DNA of 63,696 nt, counting the filler, from Choristocarpus tenellus KU-1152 (lineage: Eukaryota > Protista > Phaeophyceae): NCBI GenBank assembly GCA_964200185.2. It is 13 parts of 13 records of this genome, joined end to end, with 100 filler letters (N's around TTAATTAATTAA, not from the genome) between each part and the next. Parts side by side here need not be neighbours in the genome. Positions count along the whole stretch, not along the records: positions 1 to 4,855 come from CAXNAD020012779.1; positions 4,956 to 7,891 come from CAXNAD020023526.1; positions 7,992 to 10,758 come from CAXNAD020024928.1; positions 10,859 to 21,072 come from CAXNAD020003073.1; 9 more parts are not named here. One strand, given 5' to 3'. Positions within the stretch are counted from its first letter, which is position 1. Each line of letters opens with the position of its first letter. The notes under the pieces were generated by a model. The model had not been told where the DNA came from and did not search any database. It saw nothing but the letters and a program-made list of their open reading frames with translations. Both the position numbers and the translations under genes were made by a program. Shown one piece after another: positions 1-12,425 of the stretch.

Positions 1-1719
1 GGTCCTTAAAAAGTGCCGCAACATTATTTACAGAAAAAAACATATGGGCACTTTCCGCGCACCATTTTGGGTCAAACTCATCCTCCATAAAATGCTCCAT
101 CCTCAATTTTGCCGAGAGGCTGTTCTATGCTGGCCTGCTGAAACCCCAACGTAGTGGACGTATTATTATATCCTTACCATGGATCAAGGCAACGTCTGCC
201 TAATACATGTGTTTCGAAGCAGTGCACAAACACGTTGGCCGAGCAGAGCATTGCATCTTGAGTCGACTGATTGGGAAACTGCATAAATGCATGTATGATA
301 CTGAAGTTTGTAAAGGTGAAGGAAAGCAAGCCCAAACTGTGGCTGCAGTGTCACATATCCACTGCTAGAAATTCATTGCATAATTCAAGATATCAAGTAA
401 TTTCAACAGTCTAAGGCCTTTAGGAGTAGAGATGTGGTTAGACAACATGCCTTATTTGCGAATCCTCGGGATAAATTGGATTTGCCGTTGCTGTGGGCTG
501 CAGATGGCGATGATCACAACTACTCAATAGACCTTCCTATTATTCCGGGTCCAACTAGTGCATTGACTGGTGACCGCACAGACAACGAAGATCAATACTT
601 ACACAAGCAGAGCCAGTCGGCACTTCAAGCCCATGCAGATGCAGAGAAATACAGGTGTTACAATATCAAAATCATGACAGCATTATTCCTGCATAAGGGG
701 ATATCGCCACTGCTTGCTTCCCCCTTCTCCTCTGGTTCTGCAGAGATGGTGTCACTCGACACCTTGTCTGTATCTTCATCGACCCAGCAATTGCTCTCGC
801 CCTGGTCATGGCTGTGGGGAGGTGCACTGTTGGTAAGCCCAGGCTGGTGTTACTGCCTCGTTGACTAGGCACAGTCACGTTTCCCCCTTGTGCTTTTGGG
901 GCCGCTCTACCCCCCTCTCTTAGTCCTTTCCTCTTGGCTGAGGAAATCTTCTCTCTCAATGTGACCTGGTGTGAGGTCTTCTTCCCTTGAAAGGGGCGAT
1001 GTAAATGATCGGACCTCCAAGTTGAGGGTTTGGGGTTCATGCGGCTGCCCTCCTCAACTGCCGTGAATGCATCTCTGGGGCCGGTGGTAGTAATGCCACT
1101 CCCCAGGTCCGACATTTGTCCTGAACTGAAGCCTACTGCCAGCTCGTGCTCAATGGAGGCCAGCAAGACTCTGTCTCCAAAAATGATTTTTTTGGAGTGG
1201 GTGGGGTGGTGAGTGCCTTCAACTGCAGAGAGAGTAAACTCTGGATCGTTAAGGTTATCAGCTGGTTCTTTGCTTCTCTCTATGATGCTATGGGCTTAAG
1301 GACTGCCGAGTAATCGCAACTATTTCCTTGTCCAGACACTTCAGGAAAATATACCATGTACAAGAAAAAACGTAAAATATACCAACCGCTACCTATCCTG
1401 ACGCGGACTGTAAGTGTTTCATTGACAGCAACAAAAAAACAGTGAATGCCTAGTTATGTAGAAAGAGAATCGACATGTTGAAGGAGTTGGCTGTGAGAAG
1501 ATGAGGAAATCCTTAGCTCTTTTATCACAACTCATGCACAGAAGTGGGGTGACCAGTCAAATTTATGTGTTCAGACTGTAACAGGAACTAGAAATGGGAT
1601 AAAACACAGCCAACTACAACACATCATGGATTAGACCCCACTTTTCTTATTAACAATTGCGCCTGATCTACTTCCCTTTACATATCTAAACTCCTTTGTA
1701 TAATGCCTCTACATCATAC

Positions 1720-2383
1720 CTGGCTGCATCCAGTTCTCCTGCTGTCGTCTCCAAAACTTCCGTGATGGGCAAACCTTTCTCAGAAGTTGCATTTACCTTT
1801 ACCCCATTAGGCCATGGGGTCTTCCCTTCCAGCCCAGGAATGTCACCTTGTCTGGAGATCAACTGCTCTTCTGGTACAGAACTCCAACGAGAAACCTGGG
1901 GGAAGAAGACATGGACACAAGTTGTACATAGTTCATTCTTGTAGGGAAAAATTCAGTTCTATGAGGAGGGTGCTTCCTTACCTAAGGAGTTAGTTGTGAC
2001 TGTCTCGTCTCCATGGTTCCAAGCTGCTGGTAGTCTCATTGGTTCGGTTGTAAATATGTAAAACTTTTGTGAAATCACAGGGGTTTGAACATGTTCTATG
2101 CCTTGTTCGGCGAAGCGATCTCTACAGTGGTTCTGGATACTGCTTATTATGTATGTACTGTGTAATTCTGAGTGTAATATGTTAATGGGGTGCCTGTTTG
2201 CCTGCCTACCAGTACATTTCCTGTACTGACTCTCATCCTCTCGTGCCACCTCGCAAGTCCTAATGAATCTTCCTCTATGGCAAAAACTATTTTAGAATCT
2301 ATGAACCCAAAACCCGAGGGAGCGGGTTTTGTTGGTCTGGACTTTTCACCAGGTCGGGCAGTTGCATGTCCACTGTTGGCCAT
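1720..2383 (-). CDS. Exons of an unknown multi-exon gene (2383-2210, 1895-1720; possibly also ~1223-672)
   Basis: Phase-0-compatible junction CTG|gtaggc ... cttcccccag|GTT and donor AG|gtatga; no recognisable domain. Confidence 0.35.
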
Positions 2384-2866
2384 ATGGCCGTGGGTGAGCC
2401 CACGACCCAGCCATGTTGAAATGGTGTATGACCATGGAGTCGGTCATGTTTGAACTTGGTTGTAGACCGCAGGCCTTTGGCCCCAGTCATGTTGAGTAAG
2501 CAATGGCCATTGGCTCAGTTATGTTAGAACATTTTACCTATGTCGGTTAGGTAATGTTTTTTTACACCCAGGCTAACCACGTCATGGCCATGCCTCCCTG
2601 ATTTCCTGTTTTACCGTTCACTCTACTTTAATCTTGCATCTTATACTACTACTGTAAGTGCTACATATATAATACATGATGACAGTTCTATATTGATTTC
2701 TATTTTACAATCTAGACTATCAACAAGAACGAAATTTTATACAAGTATATTGTTGGACGTTTGAGGTGATTTATGATCCGTGTGGTGATGTCTCACACAT
2801 ACACCCCACTCATCATCATCACTCATCACTGTGCGAGCTGTGAACACCATGAAGCTCAGTGACCAG

Positions 2867-3126
2867 AAACCAAAGTAAAACGATAGGTACACCCAGGGTT
2901 GCATTTTAAGGGTGCTTAAAAATAAGTGCAAATTTCGGCTTTTTGTACAAACGCGTTTAGAGGATTTTCTGAATTCTCTCAAGTTTTTCAAACAAAAGAT
3001 GTATCAACGTTCCCATGTCAATCTTAGTTCTTCATCCATAGAAATAAGAGTAAATAGCAAAATATGAAAAAATGGCTTTAAATGCAAAACACCCAAGATC
3101 TGGACATCTCTCGTTTGCTTTCACTC
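2867..3126 (+). mobile_element. MITE family B (Sola2-like termini), ~260 bp
   Basis: Ends AAACCAAAGTAAAACGATAG ... CTCTCGTTTGCTTTCACTC; interior (CAGGGTTGCATTTT, TTGTACAAA, CATCCATAGA) aligns by eye with copies at 10441 and 52692 and more loosely with 3361. Confidence 0.7.
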
Positions 3127-3360
3127 TTGAGAGAATAGGCGTTGGGCATAGACAATTGAGTTGCACTGAACATCGGCAGGGATACTGTAAGTACCTATAG
3201 TGCTGCTGGAGATAGAGATAGCGGCAATATTAGTGACAAGCTTCACATGGAAAGGCCAAACTAAAGTTACAGTTGGACTTGTAGAACACAAAGTGGACAT
3301 GGTCTGGCGCTACAGGTGGTACATCTGCAGTGTTATGTTCCTGTAAGGTGTACCCCAAAC

Positions 3361-3627
3361 GAGCCAAAGTAAACGGGAGGTACACAGAGTGATATTTCAA
3401 GTTGTTTGAAAGCTAACAAATGCCCAAAATTCGACTTTTTATTACAGATACGGGCAGGGACTTTCAGGCTTCCGTCAAAAACTCCAAATAATGGAGAAAT
3501 CAACAGTCTCAAGTCAATCATAGTGTGTCATCCATAAAACTAAGGGTAATATACTTCCAACAGATGTCAAGAGTGGCTTGAAATGCAGAAATATCAAAAC
3601 CCAGGTAACTCTCGTTTACTTTGGTTG
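3361..3627 (+). mobile_element. MITE family B, diverged copy
   Basis: GAGCCAAAGTAAACGGGAG ... CTCTCGTTTACTTTGGTTG termini; shares the CATCCATA and AAATGCA blocks with 2867-3126. Confidence 0.6.
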
Positions 3628-3758
3628 AAAAAGCGCAGGAGATCAGAGTGAGTGGCAAGTCTTTATTGCGGAGCAACCCCAAGGTGGGTCTGGCATAAGG
3701 TTCAAGGGGGGAGGTGGAGCAACAAGAGGTAAGATGACTGAACCCATTACGTGGTAAG

Positions 3759-4258
3759 GATCCAAAGCATCTCGGAAGGTTAGGAATTTACCCCTTGTTT
3801 GTCCGTTCCGAGCTTGGCTTCCTACGGGTTTTTTATGCCCTTTTTTCGGTTTTCTTTTAACATGATTACCTACTTCAAAACATTTCGGAGTAGGAAAAAT
3901 GTACATGGCTATGAAAGATGTGTCTGGTGCAAGAATACTGACGCTTGCTAACAAACACGATAGCCAAGTTACATGAAAATCGCGAGTCCAAGTATCTTAG
4001 AGGGTAGAGCCGCATCCGTTTGGGGACCAAAATCCAATGCTGCGATTTTGATATAATTTTGACTATTGTGTTTGTTAGGAAGTGTCAATACCCTTGTTCC
4101 GAACACAACTATTCACAGCGTATACATTTTTCCTACTCTGAAACATTTCGGAGTAGGAAAAAGTCATAAAACAAACCCTGGGAAGTCAAGCTCCAAATGG
4201 ACAAACAGGGGAAAATTCGTACCCTCTAAGATACTTTCACTCTCGCAACATCGGATTA
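3759..4258 (-). mobile_element. Old MITE family A copy, interrupted by a younger A copy
   Basis: Degenerate reverse-orientation copy; its sequence AAAATCGC|AACATCGGATT is split by the 3984-4242 insertion. Confidence 0.75.
3984..4242 (+). mobile_element. MITE family A (Sola2-like), full length, TSD TCGC
   Basis: TIRs GAGTCCAAGTATCTTAGAGGGTA ... TACCCTCTAAGATACTTTCACTC; TCGC on both flanks. Confidence 0.92.
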
Positions 4259-4652
4259 ATGACCTTGAATGGACACGACTCTTCTCCCTGAAATGCTTTG
4301 GTACAAGCAAGGGATGACCATAAGTAGTACACTTAGTTGCAGCACAATATTCTGTTACAATATTAATGGTGTTTGTTATGAGAATTCGTGCAGTGTGTAA
4401 TATCTCTCACCTTGGGCAGGGATAGTCCCCAGGCTATAGTACAGAAGAGTCAAGAGAACATACGGAGGCGTATCCACAAAAGGTCGTCATTAATAACAGA
4501 ATATATAATGGGTATCGCCTGTTGGGCTCACGCGTGAGAATCGAGACTTCACATATGATCAACTCTTACATCACTGCAATTGACTCTCTTGCTTGCACAC
4601 CAAGGTCACACCACCAATCACACGGAGAATGATCTGTTCTGATGCCTCTTGC

Positions 4653-4831
4653 GTCTCAAAGTATCTGGGGGGAGAGGGGGTCTACACCAGGGTGTCCATT
4701 CAGGCCCTGACCAAGAAAAGTGCACTTACTTTATCCATCTGACACATGCAACCAAATCACCCAAAAAATGCGACATGGAAAAATGGACCCCAAACGAACA
4801 GCCGCCACCCCCCCCCCAGATACCTTGATCC
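4653..4831 (+). mobile_element. MITE family C (G-run TIR), ~180 bp
   Basis: GTCTCAAAGTATCTGGGGG ... CCCCCAGATACCTTGATCC; related ends at ~4995-5032, 7833-7891, 30010-30039, 34615-34677 and 63509-63696. Confidence 0.8.
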
Positions 4832-4855
4832 TGCCTCTCTGCCGCATGCCCACAC

Positions 4856-4955
4856 NNNNNNNNNNNNNNNNNNNNNNNNNNNNNNNNNNNNNNNNNNNNT
4901 TAATTAATTAANNNNNNNNNNNNNNNNNNNNNNNNNNNNNNNNNNNNNNNNNNNN
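4856..4955. other. Artificial contig linker N44-TTAATTAATTAA-N44 (first of 12)
   Basis: Identical 100-nt spacers with stops in all six frames at 4856, 7892, 10759, 21073, 26578, 30040, 34515, 37324, 43585, 48620, 56805 and 59933, giving 13 concatenated contigs. Confidence 0.98.
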
Positions 4956-7091
4956 GCGTGGGAGAGAGCGAGCCAAGCGGCGCTCGTCCACTAACCCCCC
5001 CCCCCCCCCCCCCCCCCTGGATACTTTGAGCCATTGAGTGCTCCAAAACATGTGCCACCAGAAGAGCAAGAGAGTGCCTTCTTAATACTCAGTGGCGCCC
5101 CCCAGTTTCGGTTACATTGACTCTTTGAGGGCTGCGATGTTGTCGTTCAAAATAACCTGTCGCCTGAAAAAGTAGTTACACACCTTGATGCGTTTTACCA
5201 CTCTCAAGTTTATCGATATCTCTTTCAGTTTATTGACTTCGAAGTGTTGGGTATGCAACTCGGATTGAGGAATAACCCTAACCCAATGGTGAGATCTCTA
5301 TGTCTCTTATAATGATAGGGTTAGGGTTAGGGTTAGTATCTCTCTGACATGGGATAGCACACACCAATACAACATTCTGCTGCCACATTGAACCAATAAG
5401 ATGAGTTCACCCAGAGAACTTCAACTACTACTCCTGAATCTTGGTACTTAATAATAACACCTCTAGGCCTCTCAGACTCCTCAGCCCCCTATAGGCCATG
5501 ATCTGGGAAAACATCGCCATTGACTGCTTTTATCGATCTCAAGATATATATATATACGTACAAATATATCTTTTTTTAGCCATGCCCAACAAAGCTGGCT
5601 TCACCCTATATGCCAATTATCCATTACCTACCTCCTAGCTTCGATTCACCTCAACATTTCTAAGCAAACCACTTGTTTGCTGTCGAAAAATAAGGTGCCA
5701 ACATTCTTTTATTTAGTTAATTTGCCAAAAAAAAAAAAAAATGATAACAAGATTAAAATATGTTGAATGCGATCATACAACACAGAGAACAAGGAAATAT
5801 ATGAACACATACAGCCATAACCCTAACTCCGCAACGACAAACAAAAAAAACACGTAGTAACATACGCTACAGGCAATGTAAACAATAATAATAATAATAA
5901 TAAAAGCGATAAAAGAACTTCTGTGTTGTAACAGGCATCAAACGTAGATGATACTGATACAACAGTGAGCTGTGTCCTAACCCTAACCCCAACCCTAACA
6001 TTAAGTAAATTAGATACCACCAAAAAAGAGCAATAACGAACTAACGATATTAAACCGTGACTTAATGGACAACAAACACAAACAAAAGACAGCAAGTAGA
6101 CCGTACGATTGACATTGATATAACTAATCGTTTGGAAGGGAGTCTCATGCACTCACGGAAAAGAGTCAAGACCCTGTGGTGGTGCTTGTTCCTGAAGATG
6201 AGCTGTTTTCTGTGGCTCAGAAAAGGGAACTCTTTCAAAAGAGGCAGATGTCCTTATTGATATCTTGTCTAGAGGTGAGGCTGTGCGCTTGCTGGTGGGG
6301 TTTGGTATCTGAGCACGGTGATGGGTACGCTATATCTTTTTCTTTCTTTTTTTTTGTGATTGATTTGGGTTTGGTGCAGACGAGGTTGCTGCACTGGACA
6401 CAAAGCTTGTCACGTTGAAGTTGTTTTATGTTTTTATCAGAAGAGCATCAGATTAGATTTTCTTTACTGTTCTGTTCCTTTATTTCAAAATCATACACAG
6501 AGGATGAAAGCGTGTACATAATTATATATTGTGAGGAGCTACCTGAGCATGATAATAAAGATGAGATCCCTTAGTCATCCGATTCCTCCCCCCACCCAAC
6601 ACAACATTTGTTTAATATTTAGTAGTAGCTACCTGACTGTCTCCTCCAATATCACCAGTGTCATTGCATGGCTTACAGATAATACTGTACTTAGTATAGT
6701 AATGGTAAAGGCAGAAATTGAAAAAGCACCTCCTACGTTCGGAATTAAATATAACATAACTTTTGCGAGCTATATTCTCGCCCGGGAACGACCCACGTGA
6801 CAAACCCTCTGCACAAGGCTTAGCTCTCAAAAAGGTCGGAGGCGTACAAATTTTGAGATGGTGGGCTATCATCACCGTGGAGGATCACCAGTACGAAGTC
6901 CACCAAGTCACATTTTACAGGGTTCAAAAACCTCGTGAAACGGTCAATGCTGGTGTTTATTGGGATGCCTAGGACGAAGGCCCCCCATTGTTCAAGCGGT
7001 TCACGCATCCTTCTGTTACCCGTCAGTCCCTGATTCTTCAGCCCAGAAGTCTGTCCGGGGTCAGGGCTCAAACATCCCGACAAAGAATAGC

Positions 7092-7620
7092 ATGGTGGAG
7101 GTGAGGGGGTGTGAGACTCGGATGCCTCGGGGGACAGTGGCAGACATCGCGGAGGACTTTGGAATTTCCCAAATCACCATGTTCTGTCATCTGAAGGAGT
7201 GTAACTGCCAGGATTACACAGGGTGAATGCATGGACCATGTACAACATCACAAGGGGCGATGTAGCCGCCATAGAAGTATCCTCAATGTTTCGGATGTCC
7301 GATCAGTACACCACACATCCTTCCGCAAATGGGCAACCAAAGCTGGGGTCTCCCTTGGTTTGTTGTGGGATATGTTCAAGTGCAAGAAAGGGAAGAAGGT
7401 CAAGCGTTGTATTCAGCCAGTCCCCTCGGACCATCAGAAAGTCAACAGGGTCAATTTCGTCATCAGCCACACACACAGAAGCAGGGCAAGTGGGGTATTA
7501 GTGGACGATCTGTAAGATTGGTTGCATGTGGATGAGAAGTGATTTTACATCCTCAAAGATTGGGCAAGGTGTGTACCTGCACCTCACTGAGGACCCCCCC
7601 AAATCCCCACAGGCTGTAAA
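7092..7620 (+). pseudogene. Decayed Tc1/mariner (DD39D, plant-mariner-like) transposase, N-terminal half
   Basis: HTH-like RGTVADIAEDFGISQITM, KGRCSR linker, second HTH, ...HQKVNRVNFV..., then LHVDEK*FY (compare plant mariner VHIDEKWFY); stops and frameshifts; truncated after the first catalytic D. Confidence 0.8.
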
Positions 7621-7832
7621 CATTGATACGTCAAGCAGCATTTATATACGGCTGTATATGATTGTATATGAGTGATATGGTGTGGTTGGTATTATTTGCT
7701 TCTATATGTGGAATTTGTACCTTTGTGTGTTGATACTGCATATGACGGTTTAACAGTAAATTACCAAGGACTGAGCGTCTTGTCGGACACGAGCTCACTC
7801 CATGATCTAGGCAAATATATATGGAGACCTGA

Positions 7833-7891
7833 GGCTCAAAGTATCTGGGGGGGGTGGCGGCTGTTCACTAGGGGTCAATTTTTTCATGTCG
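7833..7891 (-). mobile_element. MITE family C end at contig break
   Basis: GGCTCAAAGTATCTGGGGGGG...; matches the reverse complement of the right arm of 4653-4831. Confidence 0.7.
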
Positions 7892-7991
7892 NNNNNNNNN
7901 NNNNNNNNNNNNNNNNNNNNNNNNNNNNNNNNNNNTTAATTAATTAANNNNNNNNNNNNNNNNNNNNNNNNNNNNNNNNNNNNNNNNNNNN

Positions 7992-8042
7992 GATTGTGGC
8001 CCCCAATAGGACACCACTCTACCCTCTAAGATACTTTGGCTC
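7992..8042 (-). mobile_element. MITE family A terminus at contig start
   Basis: ...CTCTACCCTCTAAGATACTTTGGCTC. Confidence 0.8.
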
Positions 8043-9719
8043 CAACACACTATTTCATTGCTTTACTTGTGCACAAATAGGGTACGAGAATATATATATT
8101 CCCCCTTTCCACACACAAAGCGACACCACGATTCAGCAAAGACTCTTTCTGCGTTTGTTCAAAATGATATCTTCCACTCACCAGAGTATTACACCACCAC
8201 CAGGTCTACCCTTTAGTCTGCTATAATGATCTTCATGCCTAAAAAAGCATCATGTGGATTTCGCCCATCTTATTGTGAAGGGACTTCTGAGTGTCATGCT
8301 TCGCACCCCATTTTTATGTAACCCCCATCATGAGTCTGTGAATGTCAGAGAAAAAACTTTTTGGATGGATGTTTCTTATTGGATCCAAAGATATGGGGAC
8401 TTAAGCATGCAAATCAGAAAATAGTCACAGAGATCCATTAACTACGATGGCACACCTCTCCAGGATCCTTGACTCTTAACACTTTGGTCATACAATAGAA
8501 CTGATGAGCTATGCACACATTTTACATGGTACATGGCAAATACTCCCTATAACGTGAACAGAAGGGTTGAGTTGTACTGATATTTTAATTGTAGGTACTT
8601 CATGGTGCATTCCGTAAAACTTTATTTGAACCACACATTTGAACTCTCCTGCATGTATCCTGTGATACCAGCTGTTACCTATAATACTACCCACTTTGCA
8701 GGTAGTTTAATTGCTCTACTCTGAATTACTGAAATGCTTCATATGAAAGCACAACACCTTAAACTCTACGTATTGACAGTCAACCTGTGCTTGATATCAC
8801 TGCTATCGTTCCAAGTTCCTGTAGAAGGCTCTACAACTGCTTAATATTCCCGTTTTTCGAATATGCCAGGTACAACGTCCAATACAGCTGCTGGAAGGGA
8901 GGGACCACACCCTTCGCCTTACAGTTTCTACACAAATATTACTCCCACATGTATCAACCTTTATTCAAAAAGCACTTAACTGACCTCAAACAGAACGTAC
9001 CAGGATCCATCTGAAGTTGTACTCTGCACGTGAGTCCACACTTCCTGGTACAGCTCCCTCCCCAAAGTTGAGCTACTTACTGCTGCCCAAATACAATACT
9101 GTACAGGTTGCCTAGGTTGTGTTTTTCTGACATCATTCTGCACCAAGCAAAAAACTGCTAACAGGGAGTTCCTTCGCACGGTGGCCTAACATGTACACAG
9201 AACCCTACAACAAGCAAAGTTCTAGTTCGTATTAGACACAATTGTTCACCCAGTGATTCGCATGAGTTGAATGCTGCATGTCATTTCTAGCATGGATCTC
9301 CTCGTGTGCCTGAAGCGTCATGAACGATAAAGGGTTTGCGTAGATATTCATATCCTGTCAGTGGTCAAGGAGATATAGTGCATATGTACTCTTGTGAGCA
9401 AAACAGCAGAAAATACTGAGACTTTTTTTTTTGGCTCATATAACAGAGTGATAGTAAGACTCCAACAGTTCTACGATTTCATTTGCAGTGGGACTTCTGA
9501 GCATATGGCATAATGTTCCCCAAACCGATTATGTTATCAGAGGCTGAGGCACCAGGAGCAATCGAAAGTAGTGGTTGCTTACTCCCCAAGAGCAGGTGGA
9601 AGAATGAGAAACTCAGAAGTTTCGAGGTAACTCAGTCAATACTTGGAGTACCAGTAATATTGGGACGGTGGGTGGCACTAAATGTACAAATCGCTCTCCA
9701 ATCTAGTATAGAAATGTAC

Positions 9720-9895
9720 TGACATTGTTAGAAAAGGTGTTGCTGAGCAAAGTCACTGCCATGGGTTGTATGGGCTCCAGTTGCCGACAGACAACAGTGA
9801 GCCCAGCCTCGGAGGACCCAGCAATCTCACAGGAGCGAATCAACACACGGCCGCTCACGATTAAGATGCCATCACCCCTCGTGGACGGACCGATC
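9720..9895 (-). CDS. Exon encoding right-handed beta-helix-like repeats (gene probably extends to ~8600)
   Basis: ctctctgtacag acceptor; IGPSTRGDGILIVSGRVLIRSCEIAGSSEAGLTV...TLLSNTFSNN resembles parallel beta-helix coils; another candidate exon at ~9001-9185. Confidence 0.4.
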
Positions 9896-10440
9896 CTGTA
9901 CAGAGAGCAAACATAATATGAGGGGAGAACAAGGGTATGGGTGGGTAAATTGAGGATACTAGAACTGAGTTGATTGGCGCTGTATAGACCTGGCCTCCAC
10001 TATACAGTAGGTGGTCCCAACAGAAAGGGGGTACCAGTACGTTTGTTAGAGCTCTAGGTTACTACAATCCATGTGGTTTTTCTTTCTGTCCTTACGTGCA
10101 ACCAAAATGTGAGTGTCACGTCAATTGCAGTTGTGGGAAGCAGTATGTGATGCGGTTGCAGGTTTGGACCCTTGCTTTCTAAGCCAACTTTCTCACCCTG
10201 TGCAGTACACTCTATTTCATTGCTATAGGTGTACATTAGTATATACACAAAGTTGATATTCCCCTTTTCGACAAACAAAGTGACACCACAATTTAGCAAA
10301 GGCCCATTTCTACAATTGTTGTACAAAATGGCGTATTTTTGACCTTTCTTAGGATCCTTAAAATGCAACCCTGCCTACCTCTCAGTTGGTTTGACTCGGA
10401 TCTCACTACAGAGCCTTGAAGCTTGAATCTTCACAATCTT

Positions 10441-10700
10441 GACCCAAAGTATACGAGAGATTCCCAGATTTTGGCCGAACCGCATTATAGGTCTGTTTAT
10501 AATTTTGTGATTCGCCCATATTTCTACAAATCAAGATCTCATTTTTGACTTGAGAGCGTTTATTTCTTCAGTGTTTTAAACTTTTCTCACGTGATTCATA
10601 AACTTTCCCATAAACATATGTAATAGAAAGATGAATTTCGCACATATTTGTCAGCATCCTTCAAATGCAACCCTGTGGATACCTCTCATTAACTTTCTAA
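10441..10700 (-). mobile_element. MITE family B copy (a related end at ~10200-10397 lies beside it)
   Basis: GACCCAAAGTATACGAGAG ... AAATGCAACCCTG..TACCTCTCATTAACTTT; the neighbouring fragment ends AAATGCAACCCTG..TACCTCTCAGTTGGTTTGACTC. Confidence 0.6.
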
Positions 10701-11469
10701 ACATCTTGTACTACCATATTACATACTGTCCATACTGTACAATGCGCTACATATCTAGNNNNNNNNNNNNNNNNNNNNNNNNNNNNNNNNNNNNNNNNNN
10801 NNTTAATTAATTAANNNNNNNNNNNNNNNNNNNNNNNNNNNNNNNNNNNNNNNNNNNNTGAGGCTGGGGGGAGGTGGGCAGCTGGTTCACATCCGGGGGG
10901 TGGGGGGTGGGGGGGGGGGGGGGGGGGGGGGTTCCGAAAGTTGTTTGCTCGCTTATTATAAAAAAAACAGTGGTATACTGAGTGCACCACCAGAGGAGCA
11001 TTCAAAGGTTTCAGAGGTGAGGGGCATGTTTCCTTCCTGTAGGTAAAAAAACAAAAAAATGTATATGCAATATACAATATATAATATATAACGTAAGTAT
11101 ATAATATACAACATAAAATATACAATATACACTCCATCTATCCTCACAAGCATCAAATGGTGTGTGTACTTCATTGAAAATTGAGTAACGTGTGCAGTTT
11201 TTGGTAATAAAATAGTTTATGTATATTTATTATTATTGTTATTATTATCATTAACTTTTCTAAATGGTGCTTATCCATTTCCTAAAAAATAATAAGTGTA
11301 CTATTTCCTTTAAAATGTATGTACTGAAAACACTTAAAATGTATGTACTGAAAACCCTTCAAATGTATGTAACTTACATAGCCCGTATATTAAAAAATCA
11401 TCAATTGTGCATGCATAAAAATTTCTGATTGAGTGCAATAAAAACATAGAAATAATAGTACAAAACAAA

Positions 11470-11501
<32 letters not shown>

Positions 11502-12154
11502 ACAACAACAAAAAATGTATCAACATCATTAGTGCATGTGTGTCTGAGTGTGACCCCAGTAGCACCGAGGGCAATCACACAATTTAAATTTCGTCCAATA
11601 CCAATCAACACAATTTTTTAAAGCCACATCTAACCCCAATCCTAACCCTGACCCTAACCCTAACTGTCTAGGCTGTGTGGGAAATAAATGTCCTCAAAAT
11701 GAATCCTCTTCTGTCATGGCCACTCACCAGACATGGATACAGGGCGTCTTTTTGACTGCAGTGCACATGGATTGTCAGCAGGTGCCTAGTACGCCTTCAC
11801 AGACTATGAAAACAACAGTACGTGTCCGTTATGGTTAGGGATCCTGATCACTGCACCATTGTCATCTCTACTTCCCTAACCCTAACCCTAACCCTAACCC
11901 TTGCGATTGGTCAAAACAACAATGTTCATTTTTGCATCATTCTTCCATTCCAAGCAGGCGTTTGCAGAATCAATCTTGAAAATTCCACGGTACTGTTACC
12001 GCTTTACTTCTACCACCGTAACATTTTTTTTTTTGACAGATTGAGTTTGATGTGATTTGACACATTTTCTGTGTTTTTATTTTAAACTATCAGAAGTGAG
12101 TTCTCGAGTGCAGAACTGTACCGAGAGCCGCGAAAAGATACACTGACTTTTGTC

Positions 12155-12425
12155 ATTATTATTATTATTATTATTGTTATTGTTATTGTTATTGTTACAA
12201 TTATTATTACTGTTATTGCTACTAATATTACTATTATTGTTACAATTAATCTTATTATTACTATTACTGTTACAGTTGCTATTATTAGTACTGTAGTAGT
12301 ACTATTAATATTATTACTATTACTATTACAACTACTATTATTATTGTTACAATTACTAATAATATTATCTGTATTACTATTATAAATATTAATATTATTA
12401 CTAATACTATTATTACTATTATTAT
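12155..12425. repeat. Degenerate (ATT/ACT/GTT)n microsatellite
   Basis: About 270 nt of trinucleotide repeat seen directly. Confidence 0.9.

Noticed and set aside
4900-4911. TTAATTAATTAA motif repeated 12 times
   Set aside because: Always centred in N44 flanks: an artificial six-frame-stop linker, not biology.
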